The notes beneath the pieces are model-generated. The model searched no databases and was not told the DNA's origin. It saw only the letters and a list, made by a program, of their open reading frames with translations. Made by a program: the position numbers and the translations under genes. 64,000 bases of DNA from an uncultured Chloroflexia bacterium (GTDB lineage Bacteria; Chloroflexota; Limnocylindria; Limnocylindrales; CSP1-4): assembly GCA_963833225.1 (NCBI GenBank), contig CAWHXD010000008.1, positions 800,001 to 864,000 of the forward strand, given 5' to 3'. Below, one piece after another: positions 1-9,934 of the stretch (position 1 is its first letter; each line of letters begins with the position of its first letter).

Positions 1-264
1 CCGGTCGATGACATCGTCGCGCGCGGTCAGCAGGATGACCGCCGATCGCCCGCCGGCCGCGCGCAGCTCGCGGAGCACGTCGAACCCCGACCGTCCGGGC
101 AGCATGACGTCGAGGATGATCAGGTCCGGTTCTCGATCCATGGCGGCGGCCAGCGCGGCGTCGCCGTCGCCCGCGTACCGGATCTCATGACCCTCGCGCA
201 CAAGGTAGGACCCCACGATCTCGCGGATGTGGGGCTCGTCATCGACGACCAGGATGTTGCTCAT
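1..264 (-). CDS. OmpR-family response regulator, N-terminal receiver domain (runs off the window)
   Basis: Manual translation gives MSNILVVDDEPHIREIVGSYLVREGHEI...PDLIILDVMLPGRSGFDVLRELR...VILLTARDD, which has the standard receiver motifs. Not in the ORF track. Confidence 0.9.
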   Translation of the reverse strand, partial: MSNILVVDDEPHIREIVGSYLVREGHEIRYAGDGDAALAAAMDREPDLIILDVMLPGRSGFDVLRELRAAGGRSAVILLTARDDVIDR

Positions 265-322
265 GCCGTGCACCATCGTAGGGCGGGTGGCCACTCGGCT
301 CACCCGCCCCACGAATTCAGGA

Positions 323-950
323 TCAGCTGGAGGGGGCGGTGTCCGCGTTCGGGCAGGTCCCGTCGCCGGCGCCGCGCATCATGGCCGCCGCGACCGGCGC
401 CATTGCCATTGGCTCCCGCTCGCGCTCCCGGTCCACGGCCGTCGGCCGCACCCGTGCCATCGCGCAGTGCGGCGCCCTGACCCGCGCCGCTCCCGGCGCC
501 GTTCGGTCCGGCCCCGACGGCCGCGCCCCGCATGCCACCGAGGGCAGTCTCGTTGACCATGGCCTTGGCCTGGACGGCAAGGTTGGCCTTGAGCGTCTCG
601 GCCCGGTCGGCGGTGATGGCGCCCACGGCGAGCCGGGCGTCGATGCGCACGGACCACTGGGCGACGAGAGCGTCGATCAACCGCTGCGGGTCAACGCCCT
701 GGCGCTCGGCGATCTGGGCCAGGCTCAGGCCCTGCTGACGGAGCTCCGTCACCTGCGCGTCGGTGAGGCCGAGGATCCCGGCGATGGGATCGGCGTCGGC
801 GACCGGTGCGGGCGTGGTCGCCGGGTCGCCGAGTGCCGCCGGAACGGCGGTGGCGGGCCCGACCTGAGCGGGCGAGGCGGCGGAGACCGCGCCCACGGCG
901 AGGAGAAGGATCAGGCCGGCGCCGGCGACCGGGATGGCAATCTGCTTCAT
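323..950 (-). CDS. Secreted Gly-rich hypothetical protein, probable frameshift near 385
   Basis: Signal-peptide-like N-terminus MKQIAIPVAGAGLILLLAVGAVSAA, then a LGLT..ELRQQGLSLAQIAERQGV helical motif. The C-terminus MMRGAGDGTCPN lies in the frame ending at 323. Confidence 0.65.
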
Positions 951-1163
951 GGTGATTCCCTCGTTCGATCCGGCGCCTCTCGGTGAAGGTGGAGGCGCAT
1001 CGGTGTGACCCCATCGTCATCGGGGCCCGTGGACTGGGCATGGACCGCACGTGGAGATCACGAGGGTTCTGCGGGGCGGGTGCGGCTCGGCGCTGGCCGC
1101 CGGCGCGACAGACATCAAGAAACGCCACGGATGACCGTGGCGTTGCTCAACAGACCGGTGATG

Positions 1164-1239
1164 TGGCGCGCCCGGCGGGACTCGAACCCACGACCTCTAG
1201 GTCCGCAACCTAGCGCTCTATCCGCTGAGCTACGGGCGC
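1164..1239 (-). tRNA. tRNA-Arg (anticodon GCG), CCA encoded
   Basis: Reverse complement folds as a cloverleaf: GCGCCCG acceptor, GCTC/GAGC D arm, CTAGG-TTGCGGA-CCTAG anticodon arm, GTGGG-TTCGAGT-CCCGC T arm, GCCA end. Length 76 nt. Confidence 0.95.
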
Positions 1240-1249
1240 GCGATGTGTC

Positions 1250-1339
<90 letters not shown>

Positions 1340-1395
1340 GGGCAGCGCCCGGGATCATAGCATTCGAGGCCCGCACCCTCGGCTGCCCGATCGCT

Positions 1396-2565
1396 CTACT
1401 GCTCGCTGATCCGAGTGTCCACGGCGTGCCCGCGGACGTAGTCCCAGTCGAGGTTGATCCCGAACCCGGGCGCGTCCGGGAGCCGGTAGGTGCCGCCGCC
1501 GACACGGGTCGACATGTCGGTGAGGTGCCAGAAGAACGGGTCGCGCTCCTCGTCGAAGCACTCGGTGAACGTGTGGTCCGGGACCGACGCGAGGAGGTGC
1601 GACGAGACCTGCGGCTCTTCGTGGTGGCCCAGCTGCACGCCGAACGCGGCGCACACACCGGCCGCCTTGCGCCAGATCGTCGGGCCACCGGCCCACGAGG
1701 CATCGAAGTTGGAGACGTCGATGGCGCTGTCGACGACGAGGTCCCGCAACCCGGCCAGGGTGGTCTCGCTCTGGCCCGCGCAGACGGCAACGCCCGCCTG
1801 GTAGCGCACGTCGCGCATCGCTCGCCGGTCGTTGGTCCAGAGACAGGGCTCCTCGAACCAGCGCAGGTCGAGGTCGGCCACGCGTCGCGCGAAGTCCACC
1901 GCCTGGGCGAGGGTGTAGCCCTGGTTGGCGTCGGCCATCAGGACGAAGCCCGGGCCGGCGGCCTCGCGCGCGACCCGGAACCGGGCGGCATCCTCGGCCG
2001 GCGAGCGCCCTCCGACCTTGAACTTCATGCCGGCGAAGCCCTGTTCGATGTAGCGGTGGACGGTCTCGGCGGTCTGGTCCGCATCGAGGTGGTAGTAGCC
2101 GCCGATGACGGAGATCGGCACCTCGTCGGCAACGGCGCCCCACATCCGGTAGAGCGGCAGCCCCACGGCCCGGCCGAGCGCGTCCCAGATCACGGTGTCG
2201 AGGGCGGCGATCGCCTGGAGCGCGAGGCCACGGTCCCGCAGGATGTTGTTGGTCGCGGGCTCCATGTCCCGCCACCGGCCCTCGGGGTCACGCGCCGACT
2301 TGCCGAGGATCGCGGGAGCCAGCTCGTCGTGGATGATGCCCACGATCAGCGCCTGCTCGGCGTCGGTGTCGCCGCTGTAGGTCTCGGCGATGATCCCGTC
2401 CGCGGTCGTGAGCCGGACGACGATCGTGCACCGGTTGTCCATCGAGTAGGCCGAGCCTGAGAACCGGCGAGCCAGGGGAGCCCGGAGCGCGATGGTCTCG
2501 ATCCGCTCGATCCGCAGCGAGCCCGCGTCCAGGCGGGCGGCCGCACCGGTCCCGGCAGCGTCCAT
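1396..2565 (-). CDS. Mandelate racemase/muconate lactonizing enzyme family protein (enolase superfamily)
   Basis: N-terminal capping domain (IAALDTVIWDALGRAVGLPLY), KFK motif, DANQ and WFEEP metal ligands. Confidence 0.9.
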   Translation of the reverse strand: MDAAGTGAAARLDAGSLRIERIETIALRAPLARRFSGSAYSMDNRCTIVVRLTTADGIIAETYSGDTDAEQALIVGIIHDELAPAILGKSARDPEGRWRDMEPATNNILRDRGLALQAIAALDTVIWDALGRAVGLPLYRMWGAVADEVPISVIGGYYHLDADQTAETVHRYIEQGFAGMKFKVGGRSPAEDAARFRVAREAAGPGFVLMADANQGYTLAQAVDFARRVADLDLRWFEEPCLWTNDRRAMRDVRYQAGVAVCAGQSETTLAGLRDLVVDSAIDVSNFDASWAGGPTIWRKAAGVCAAFGVQLGHHEEPQVSSHLLASVPDHTFTECFDEERDPFFWHLTDMSTRVGGGTYRLPDAPGFGINLDWDYVRGHAVDTRISEQ

Positions 2566-2642
2566 AGGGTGGTCACCTCGGCTGGCCGCGCGCTCCGCGG
2601 CGGCGATCGGCCCGGCGGCGGCGAGCGGGCGCCGGTGCGGCC

Positions 2643-2666
2643 ATCATACGCGTGCAATCGGTTTCA
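2643..2666 (-). promoter_or_regulatory. -10 box with adjacent LacI-family-like operator
   Basis: TATGAT on the minus strand at 2643-2648. Pseudo-palindrome TGCAATCGGTTTCA at 2653-2666 matches the TGnAAnCGnTTnCA pattern. Confidence 0.55.
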
Positions 2667-3031
2667 CGGGCACCCCTCGAACGGCTGGGCGGTCGTGGGC
2701 GCGTGCCGATGTGGGCCGTGCCGGTGGGCCAGACCCGGTCTCCCGGCCCCGCTCGCCCGGCCCGGTGGGCCAGACCCGCTCGCCCGGGCCCTCCCGCCAG
2801 GCCCCGATCGCCCAGCGGTTGAACGGTGCGCTTGAGGCTGGTTCTGCTCGCCCAGCGAGCGGAACCGCGGCGCCAGCGGCCTGCCAGCGCGGATTCCAGC
2901 CGCCAGGCGACCAGAATTGCACGGGACCGCACCGTTCACCCGCGGCGCGGGTGGGCGAGCCCTTGGGGCGCGGGGACGAGCGCCGGGCAAGCGACCGCGC
3001 CCGGGACGAACTGCGAGGTGAGCCCGCGAAG

Positions 3032-3060
3032 TTGACACACACGGACCCCTTCGATACCGT
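3032..3060 (+). promoter_or_regulatory. Sigma70-type promoter of the aro operon
   Basis: TTGACA (3032-3037), 17 nt spacer, TACCGT (3055-3060). Confidence 0.75.
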
Positions 3061-3070
3061 CGGGGCACCG

Positions 3071-3106
3071 ATGTGCCCCATCTATCTCTTTACCTGCCCG
3101 GCATGA
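3071..3106 (+). CDS. Putative attenuator leader peptide MCPIYLFTCPA
   Basis: ATG TGC CCC ATC TAT CTC TTT ACC TGC CCG GCA TGA sits between the promoter and a terminator. It contains Tyr and Phe codons in their AT-ending forms. Confidence 0.65.
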   Translation: MCPIYLFTCPA

Positions 3107-3155
3107 CCGCCCCCGGTACCGTCTAGACCCGGGAGTCGGCGAGTCGTGCCGGGTG

Positions 3156-3183
3156 AGCAGAGGTCCTGGACCTCTGCTTTTTT
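3156..3183 (+). terminator. Intrinsic terminator (attenuator) upstream of aroF
   Basis: Perfect 10-bp stem AGCAGAGGTC-CTG-GACCTCTGCT followed by TTTTT. Confidence 0.85.
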
Positions 3184-3229
3184 GTTCTCCTCGATCCTTT
3201 TTCCAACCCCGAAGGACAGTTGAGCCAAG

Positions 3230-4279
3230 ATGTTCGTGGTGATGCGGACCGGAGCCACCGAGGCCGAGGTCAACGGCGTGAAGGGCCTGATCCTGGCCGA
3301 GGGGCTGACGCCGTTCGAGAACGCCGGCAATGACCGCACGGTGATCGCGATCGTGGGCGAGATCGGCAAGCGGCGGGAGACGCTCCAGGCTCGCCTCCAG
3401 GGGACGCCGGGGGTGGCGACGGTCACCCGGATCAGCAAGCCATACAAGTTGGTCTCGCGCGAGTTCCACCCGGAGAACACCGTGATCCCGGTGCTCGACG
3501 CGGTGATCGGCGATGGGTCGCTCACGGTGATGGCGGGTCCGTGCTCGGTGGAGAGCCACGACCAGCTGATGGAGACCGTGGACTTTGTCGCCGCGCACGG
3601 GGCGACGGTGATCCGCGGCGGCGCGTTCAAGCCGCGCACCAGCCCGTACAGCTTCCAGGGCCTGGGCGTGGAGGGGCTCCGCTACCTCGCCGAGGCGCGC
3701 GCGCGGACCGGGATGCCGGTCATCACCGAGGTCATGGAGCCGTCGCAGGTCGACATCGTCGCCGAGTACGCCGACATCCTCCAGATCGGCACCCGCAACA
3801 TGCAGAACTTCTCGCTGCTGCTCGCCTGCGGGCGCGCGGGGCGGCCGGTGATGCTCAAGCGCGGGTTCGGGGCCACGATCGAGGAGTGGCTGATGGCGGC
3901 CGAGTACATCGCATCGGCGGGCAACGGCCAGATCATCCTCTGCGAGCGGGGCATCCGGACGTTCGAGACGACGACCCGCAACACCCTGGACCTGACGGCG
4001 GTGCCCCTGATGCACCACTTCACCCACCTGCCCGTCGTGGTGGATCCGTCGCACGCGACCGGGAAGCGGTGGCTGGTCAAGCCGCTGGCCATCGGCGCCG
4101 TGGCGGTGGGCGCGGACGGGATCATGGTCGAGGTGCATCCGCGGCCGGACGAGGCGCTCAGCGACGCGGAGCAGCAGCTGGACTTCCCGATGTTCGATCA
4201 GATGATGGGCGCGGTCACCGCCGTGCACGCCAACGTTCGCGACCTGCACGGCGACCTGCAGCGCGCCGGCGACGGCTGA
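3230..4279 (+). CDS. aroF: DAHP synthase type I-beta with N-terminal regulatory (ACT-like) domain
   Basis: Motifs [35 protein letters not shown] and DPSH. Confidence 0.95.
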   Translation: MFVVMRTGATEAEVNGVKGLILAEGLTPFENAGNDRTVIAIVGEIGKRRETLQARLQGTPGVATVTRISKPYKLVSREFHPENTVIPVLDAVIGDGSLTVMAGPCSVESHDQLMETVDFVAAHGATVIRGGAFKPRTSPYSFQGLGVEGLRYLAEARARTGMPVITEVMEPSQVDIVAEYADILQIGTRNMQNFSLLLACGRAGRPVMLKRGFGATIEEWLMAAEYIASAGNGQIILCERGIRTFETTTRNTLDLTAVPLMHHFTHLPVVVDPSHATGKRWLVKPLAIGAVAVGADGIMVEVHPRPDEALSDAEQQLDFPMFDQMMGAVTAVHANVRDLHGDLQRAGDG

Positions 4280-4287
4280 GACGGCCG

Positions 4288-5631
4288 ATGACCACGCCAT
4301 CCTCCCCGATGGCATGGTCGTGCGTCCCGCAGCCCGGCTGCGTGGCTCGCCGGCGCTGCCCGGGGACAAGTCGATCTCCCACCGCGCCCTGCTGCTGGCC
4401 CTGCTCGCGGCGGGCGAGAGCCGGATCGGCGCGGCCGGCGACGGGGCGGACGTCCGGTCCACGGCCGGCGTCGTGGCAGCCCTGGGCGCACGCGTGGAGC
4501 GGGTGGCAGAGCACGACGGGCGCGTGGACTACCTGGTGCAAGCCCGGGTGGCGAGGCCCTCGTGGAGCCGTCGGCCACCCTCGACTGCGGCAACTCCGGC
4601 ACGACGACCCGCCTCGTTGCCGGGCTGCTGGCGGGCCGGCCGCTGTCGGCCGTGCTCGACGGTGACGCCTCGCTCCGGCGGCGGCCGATGGGCCGCGTCG
4701 TGGAGCCGCTGCGGGCGATGGGTGCGGCGTTCGAGGGCCGGCAGGGCGACACCCTGCTGCCCCTCGCGGTGACCGGCCGGGCGCACCTGTCCCCATCGAC
4801 TACCGGACGCCCGTCCCCAGCGCACAGGTCAAGTCCGCGATCCTGCTGGCGGCGCTCGCGGCGGACGGCGAGACGCGCGTGACCGAGTCGGTGGCAACCC
4901 GGGACCACACCGAGCGGATGCTCCGCGCCCGTGGCGTGGCCGTGCACGAGACTCGCAGCCCCAACGGGGAGCACACCGTGACCGTCGAGGGACCGGCCCG
5001 GGTGGCGGCCGATCGCGGACTCGGTCCCGTCCGATCCGTCCGCGGCCGCCTTCTGGCTGGTCGCCGGAGCGATCCACCCCGATGCCGAGCTCCACCTCGC
5101 AGGGGTCAGCACGAACCCCACACGGCGTGCCATCATCGACATCCTCAGGCGCATGGGCGCCGATATCGGGGAAGCCGCCATCGCCACCCGGGACGGGGCG
5201 GACGGCGAACCCCTCGCGGACCTCGTGGTCCGGTCGAGCCAGCTGCGGGGCATCGATGTCTCCCCTGCCGAGGTGGCGGCGGCGATCGATGAGATCCCCG
5301 TGCTTGCGCTTGCGGCGGCCGCGGCGTCCGGCACGACATGGATCCGGGGGCTTCCGAGCTCCGCCACAAGGAGTCCGACCGGATCGCCGGGATCGCGGCC
5401 GGGCTGGGAGCGCTCGGCGCGGATGTCCGCGTGGAGGGCGACGACATCGAGATCAGGGGTGGCCGGCGCCTGACCGGCGCGGTCACCGAGACCCTGGACG
5501 ATCACCGGCTGGCGATGACGTTTGCCATCGCCGGCCTCATCGCTGAGGGCGAGACCGTCATCGACCGACCCGGGTCGGCGGCGATCTCGTACCCCGGCTT
5601 CTTCCGCGACCTCGAAGGAGTGCGTGCATGA
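4288..5631 (+). CDS. aroA: EPSP synthase, several frameshifts
   Basis: [47 protein letters not shown] and DDHRLAM appear in order across successive frames. Confidence 0.9.
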
Positions 5632-6548
5632 CCAGGCGCGTCGTCCTCATCGGCCACCCGGTGGCCCACTCGCTGTCCGGCGCGATGCAGCAGGCGGCGT
5701 TCGACCATGCCGGCATCGACGCCCGCTACGAGCTGTGGGACCGCGCCCCGATCGCCCTCGCGGACGCGATCGCCGAGCTGCGCACGGACGAGTTCCTGGG
5801 CGCCAACGTCACGATCCCCCACAAGGAGCGGGTCGTGCCCATGGTGGACCGGCTGACCGAGGAGGCGCATGCGACGGGCGCGGTCAACACGATCACCAGC
5901 GAGGGCCGCAAGCTCGTCGGGCACAACACCGACGTCGAGGGCTTCAAGGTCGCGCTCGACCAGCTGGTCGGCAAGCAGAAGATGCCCCGCCACGCCGTGG
6001 TGCTGGGCGCGGGCGGTGGATCGCGGGCGGTGGTCCACGGGCTGATCCGCGAGGGGTTCCAGCGCGTGGTCGTGTTCAACCGGCACCTCCACCGGGCGGA
6101 GTCGCTGGTCAAGCACTTCGCGCGCAGCGCGGCCCACATGGACCTCCGGGCGATGCCCTGGCACGAATCCATCATCGAGAGCGAGCTGTCCAAGACCAGG
6201 GTGCTCGTCAACGCGACGTCCATCGGGCTGGGCGAGGATGTCTCGCCGATCCCGGCCGAGATCCTGCCGCCGGACCTGCTCGTCCTCGACCTCATCTACG
6301 CCCAGACCCAGCTGCTGCGGGACGCCGCGAAGGCCGGTGGCACCACGTCCGACGGAGGGACGATGCTCCTCCACCAGGGCGCGGCCGCGTTCACGCTGTG
6401 GACCGGGCAGCCAGCCCCGCTGGAGGTCATGAAGGCGGCCCTCGAGGACGCGCGGGCACACGGCCTGACGTCGGCCGAGGGCGAGGGCGGCGTGGCCGAG
6501 GGCGAGGGCGTGGCCGAGGCGGCCGCGGACGCGCCCACCGGGGCCTGA
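5628..6548 (+). CDS. aroE: Shikimate dehydrogenase
   Basis: GHPVAHSLS, GANVTIPHK, GAVNT, NTDVEG and LGAGG. ATGA overlap with aroA. Confidence 0.95.
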   Translation: MTRRVVLIGHPVAHSLSGAMQQAAFDHAGIDARYELWDRAPIALADAIAELRTDEFLGANVTIPHKERVVPMVDRLTEEAHATGAVNTITSEGRKLVGHNTDVEGFKVALDQLVGKQKMPRHAVVLGAGGGSRAVVHGLIREGFQRVVVFNRHLHRAESLVKHFARSAAHMDLRAMPWHESIIESELSKTRVLVNATSIGLGEDVSPIPAEILPPDLLVLDLIYAQTQLLRDAAKAGGTTSDGGTMLLHQGAAAFTLWTGQPAPLEVMKAALEDARAHGLTSAEGEGGVAEGEGVAEAAADAPTGA

Positions 6549-6573
6549 CGGGCCGCCGGGAACGAGGACGGAC

Positions 6574-7897
6574 GTGGAGCGATTCCGGTTCATCACCGCC
6601 GGCGAGAGTCACGGCCCCATGCTGGGCGCCGTGGTTGAAGGCGTCCCCGCGGGCCTCGGGCTGACCGAGGACGACCTCGCGGTGGACCTCGCCCGCCGTC
6701 AGCGTGGTTATGGGCGCGGGGCGCGCCAGGCGATCGAGCAGGACCGGGCCCGGATCCTGGGTGGGGTCCGGCACGGGCGCACGCTCGGGTCGCCGATCCT
6801 GCTGGAGGTCGAGAACCGGGACTGGGCCAACTGGACCCGCGTCATGCAGGTCGGCCCGCTGTCCGACGCGGAGGCCGCCGAGCTGGCGGACCTCGCGGCG
6901 GAGGGCAACAAGCGGTCGCAACCCATCACGCGCGTCCGCCCGGGGCACGCGGATCTCGCCGGCGCGCTCAAGTACGGCTTCAACGATGTCCGCAATGCGC
7001 TCGAGCGCTCGTCGGCCCGCGAGACGGCGGCGCGGGTCGCAGCCGGCGGCATCGCCCGCGCGTTCCTGCGCGCGCTGGGCATCGACGTCTGGTCGTTCAC
7101 CGCCGAGGTTGGCGGCGTCGGCGTGGACCCGGCGCGCTGCACGCGGTCCCGCGAGGAGGCGGACGCGTCCCCGCTCCGGTGTCCGGACGCCGAGGCCGAG
7201 ACGGCCATGATCGCCCGCATCGACGAGGCCCGTTCGGCGGGCGACACCGTCGGCGGGGTGTTCGAGGTCGTGGTGCATGGGGCACCGATCGGGCTCGGGA
7301 GCTACGTGCACTGGGACCGGCGGCTCGACGGCGCGCTCGCCCAGGCCGTCATGAGCATCCACATCGTCAAGGGCGTGGAGATCGGGCTCGGGTTCGAGCA
7401 GACGCGGCGGTTCGGCTCGCAGGTCCACGACGTGATCGACGGCCGGCGCGACGACGGGTCGTGGATCCATCGCACCAACAACGCGGGCGGGCTCACGGGC
7501 GGCGTGACCAACGGCGAGCCGATCGTGATCCGGGGCGCGGTCAAGCCCATCTCCACGCTCGCCAGGCCGCTCGCGACCGCCGACCTCGTCACCGGCGACG
7601 CGGTCGAGAAGGCGCACTACGAGCGGTCGGACATCTCGGTGGTCCCGGCCGCGGGCGTGATCGCCGAGGCGATGGTGATGCTGACCCTCGCCCGGTTCGT
7701 GCTCGAGAAGACGGGCGGCGATTCCATGGCCGAGGTCCTTGACAACCTCGGCCGCTACCAGGCCCGGATCGCCGGCACGCCGGCGGCCCCCGTGGCGGGC
7801 GACGGGTCCGGCGGACACGCCTCGGCGAGCGGCACCGGACGCGAGGCCCGGTCTGCCCGGGTTGCCCGGCGCCGCCGACGCGTCCGAGGACGCCTGA
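6574..7897 (+). CDS. aroC: Chorismate synthase; 3' end approximate because of a probable frameshift in the tail
   Basis: TAGESHG, RPGHAD, ERSSARETAARVA, TNNAGG and KPISTL. The ORF track runs on into aroK; the likely true stop is TGA 7895-7897. Confidence 0.92.
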
Positions 7898-7907
7898 GGG
7901 CCGGCGG

Positions 7908-9557
7908 GTGGACGTCGTGCTCGTTGGCCTCCCCGGGTCCGGCAAGACCGCGATCGGGCGCCGGCTGGCCAACCGCCACGGAGCCACGTTCGTGGATCTC
8001 GACGAGCGGATCGAGACGGCGGCGGGCCGGCGGATCCCGGAGATCTTTGCCGAGGACGGCGAGGCGGCGTTCCGCCGGCTGGAGCGCGAGGCCGTGGCCG
8101 GCCTGGGCCCGGCCGATCCGGAACCCGGGATCCGGCGGGTCATCTCGCCGGGTGGCGGCGCGGTGGTGGATCCGCGCAACCGGTGGCTGCTGTACCGGGG
8201 ACGGGTGCCCATCTGGCTTGACGTCCGGCCCGAGGTCCTGGCGCAGCGGCTCCGGCGTTCGCCGACCGTCCGGCCCCTGATGCAGGGCGGCGATCCGCTG
8301 GGCCGCATCCGCCACCTCGCGGCGGCACGGGAGCGGTTCTATGCAGCCGCGCACCGGCTCAACGGCCTGGCCGAGGTCCGGTCCGTGATCGACGTGGCGG
8401 ACGGCATTGCCGCCCGGGGCCCGTCCGCCTCGACGACGCTGCTCCGCGCCCAGACGGCCATCGGCGAGCTGATCGTCGGGGAGCACGTGGCGGCGGACGG
8501 GGTCGGCGCCGCGCTGCGCCAGCTCGGTGCGGCGCGCGCGGTCCTGGTGTCGGAGCCGGGGGCGTGGGCGGCCGTCGGTGAGGGCCTCGCCGAGGAGCTG
8601 CGGGCCGCCGGCTGGCCGGTGGAGACCGTCATGCTGCCGGCCGGCGAGGACGCGAAGCGCGTTTCGGTCATCGGGGAGGCGGCGCGCGAGCTGGCGCGCC
8701 TCCACGTGGAGCGCCGGGAGCCGCTGGTGGCAGTGGGGGGCGGTGCCCTCGGGGACCCGGCCGGGTTCCTCGCCGCGACGTACCTGCGCGGGGTGCCCTG
8801 GATCGGCGTCCCCACCACGCTCGTCTCCCAGGTGGACAGCTCGATCGGGGGCAAGACGGGCGTGGACCTGCCCGAGGGCAAGAACCTGCTGGGGGCGTTC
8901 CACCACCCGTCCGCGATCATCCTGGACGTGGCGGCCCTCCGCCCGCTCCCGGAGCGCCAGCGCCGGGCCGCCCTGGGGGAGATCGTCAAGATGGCGGCCC
9001 TCGGCGACGAAGCCCTGTTCGCCACGCTGGAGGCGGACGGCGAAGCGGTCGCGTCGGGCGCCGACGGGGTGTTCGAGAGCGGGGCGATGGCCGAGGTCGT
9101 GGAGCGGCCGGCATGGGCCAAGGTCCAGGTCGTGGCCGCGGACGAGCACGAGAGCGGGGCGGCCGGCGGGCGGATCACGCTCAACCTGGGGCACACCGTC
9201 GCCCACGCGCTCGAGGCGGTCGATGGCTACGCCAGCCTGCTCCACGGTGAGGCCGTGGCGTATGGCACACGCGCGGCGGTGCGGATCGGCGAGGCGCTGG
9301 GCGTGACCCCCGCCGCCCGGGGCGCGCGGATCGAGGGCCTGCTGACGCGGCTCGCCCTGGGCACCGCGCCGCTCCCCTATCCGCTCGAGGCGGTGGTCGA
9401 GGCCACCTTGACCGACAAGAAGCATGCCGGCGGCCGGCTGCGCTGGGTCCTCCCGACCGGGGATGGAACCACCGTGCGCGACGACGTGCCGGCCGATGTC
9501 GTGGCCGAGGCGGTGCGCGGCGTGCTCGCGGGCGTCCCGGCGGGGGCCGGCGCGTGA
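7908..9557 (+). CDS. aroKB: Bifunctional shikimate kinase / 3-dehydroquinate synthase (AroK-AroB)
   Basis: N-terminal GLPGSGKT P-loop and FRRLE. C-terminal GGGALGD, PTTLVSQVDSSIGGKTG, NLGHT and HGEAVA. Confidence 0.93.
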   Translation: MDVVLVGLPGSGKTAIGRRLANRHGATFVDLDERIETAAGRRIPEIFAEDGEAAFRRLEREAVAGLGPADPEPGIRRVISPGGGAVVDPRNRWLLYRGRVPIWLDVRPEVLAQRLRRSPTVRPLMQGGDPLGRIRHLAAARERFYAAAHRLNGLAEVRSVIDVADGIAARGPSASTTLLRAQTAIGELIVGEHVAADGVGAALRQLGAARAVLVSEPGAWAAVGEGLAEELRAAGWPVETVMLPAGEDAKRVSVIGEAARELARLHVERREPLVAVGGGALGDPAGFLAATYLRGVPWIGVPTTLVSQVDSSIGGKTGVDLPEGKNLLGAFHHPSAIILDVAALRPLPERQRRAALGEIVKMAALGDEALFATLEADGEAVASGADGVFESGAMAEVVERPAWAKVQVVAADEHESGAAGGRITLNLGHTVAHALEAVDGYASLLHGEAVAYGTRAAVRIGEALGVTPAARGARIEGLLTRLALGTAPLPYPLEAVVEATLTDKKHAGGRLRWVLPTGDGTTVRDDVPADVVAEAVRGVLAGVPAGAGA

Positions 9558-9934
9558 GCGGCGAGGACGGGCGCGTGCCCCGTGAGCGTCGCGGCGGGTC
9601 CCGGCGGACCCTGCCCAGCAACGCCGAGCGCGAGGCCGCGACAGCGGAGCTGGCGTTGATCCGTGACCGGATCGACGAGCTGGATCGCCGGATCGTGGAG
9701 CTGCTCACCGAGCGGGCCGTGCTGGGGCGCGCCGCCGGCCGGGCGAAGCACGTCGCCGGCCGCCGCACGGTGCGGGACTTGGAGCGCGAGCGCGAGGTGC
9801 TGCTCCGTGTCGCCATGGCCAACACCGGCCCCCTCTCGCAGGCCGACCTGCTGTCGATCTACCGCCGCATCGTCGCCGCGAACGTGCACCTGGAGTCGCG
9901 CGACCGGACCCATGACGGCCCGTCCGACGCCTGA
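9554..9934 (+). CDS. Chorismate mutase (AroQ type)
   Basis: LALIRDRIDELDRRIVELLTERA...RDLEREREVL. GTGA overlap with aroKB. Confidence 0.88.
   Translation: MSGEDGRVPRERRGGSRRTLPSNAEREAATAELALIRDRIDELDRRIVELLTERAVLGRAAGRAKHVAGRRTVRDLEREREVLLRVAMANTGPLSQADLLSIYRRIVAANVHLESRDRTHDGPSDA

Noticed and set aside
1059-1085. OmpR-type direct repeats (TGCGG spaced 11 bp apart) upstream of the secreted protein
   Set aside because: Too short to distinguish from chance in GC-rich DNA.
6574-8280. AroC-AroK fusion or extended AroC
   Set aside because: The extension is out of frame with AroK and is explained by one frameshift near 7850.
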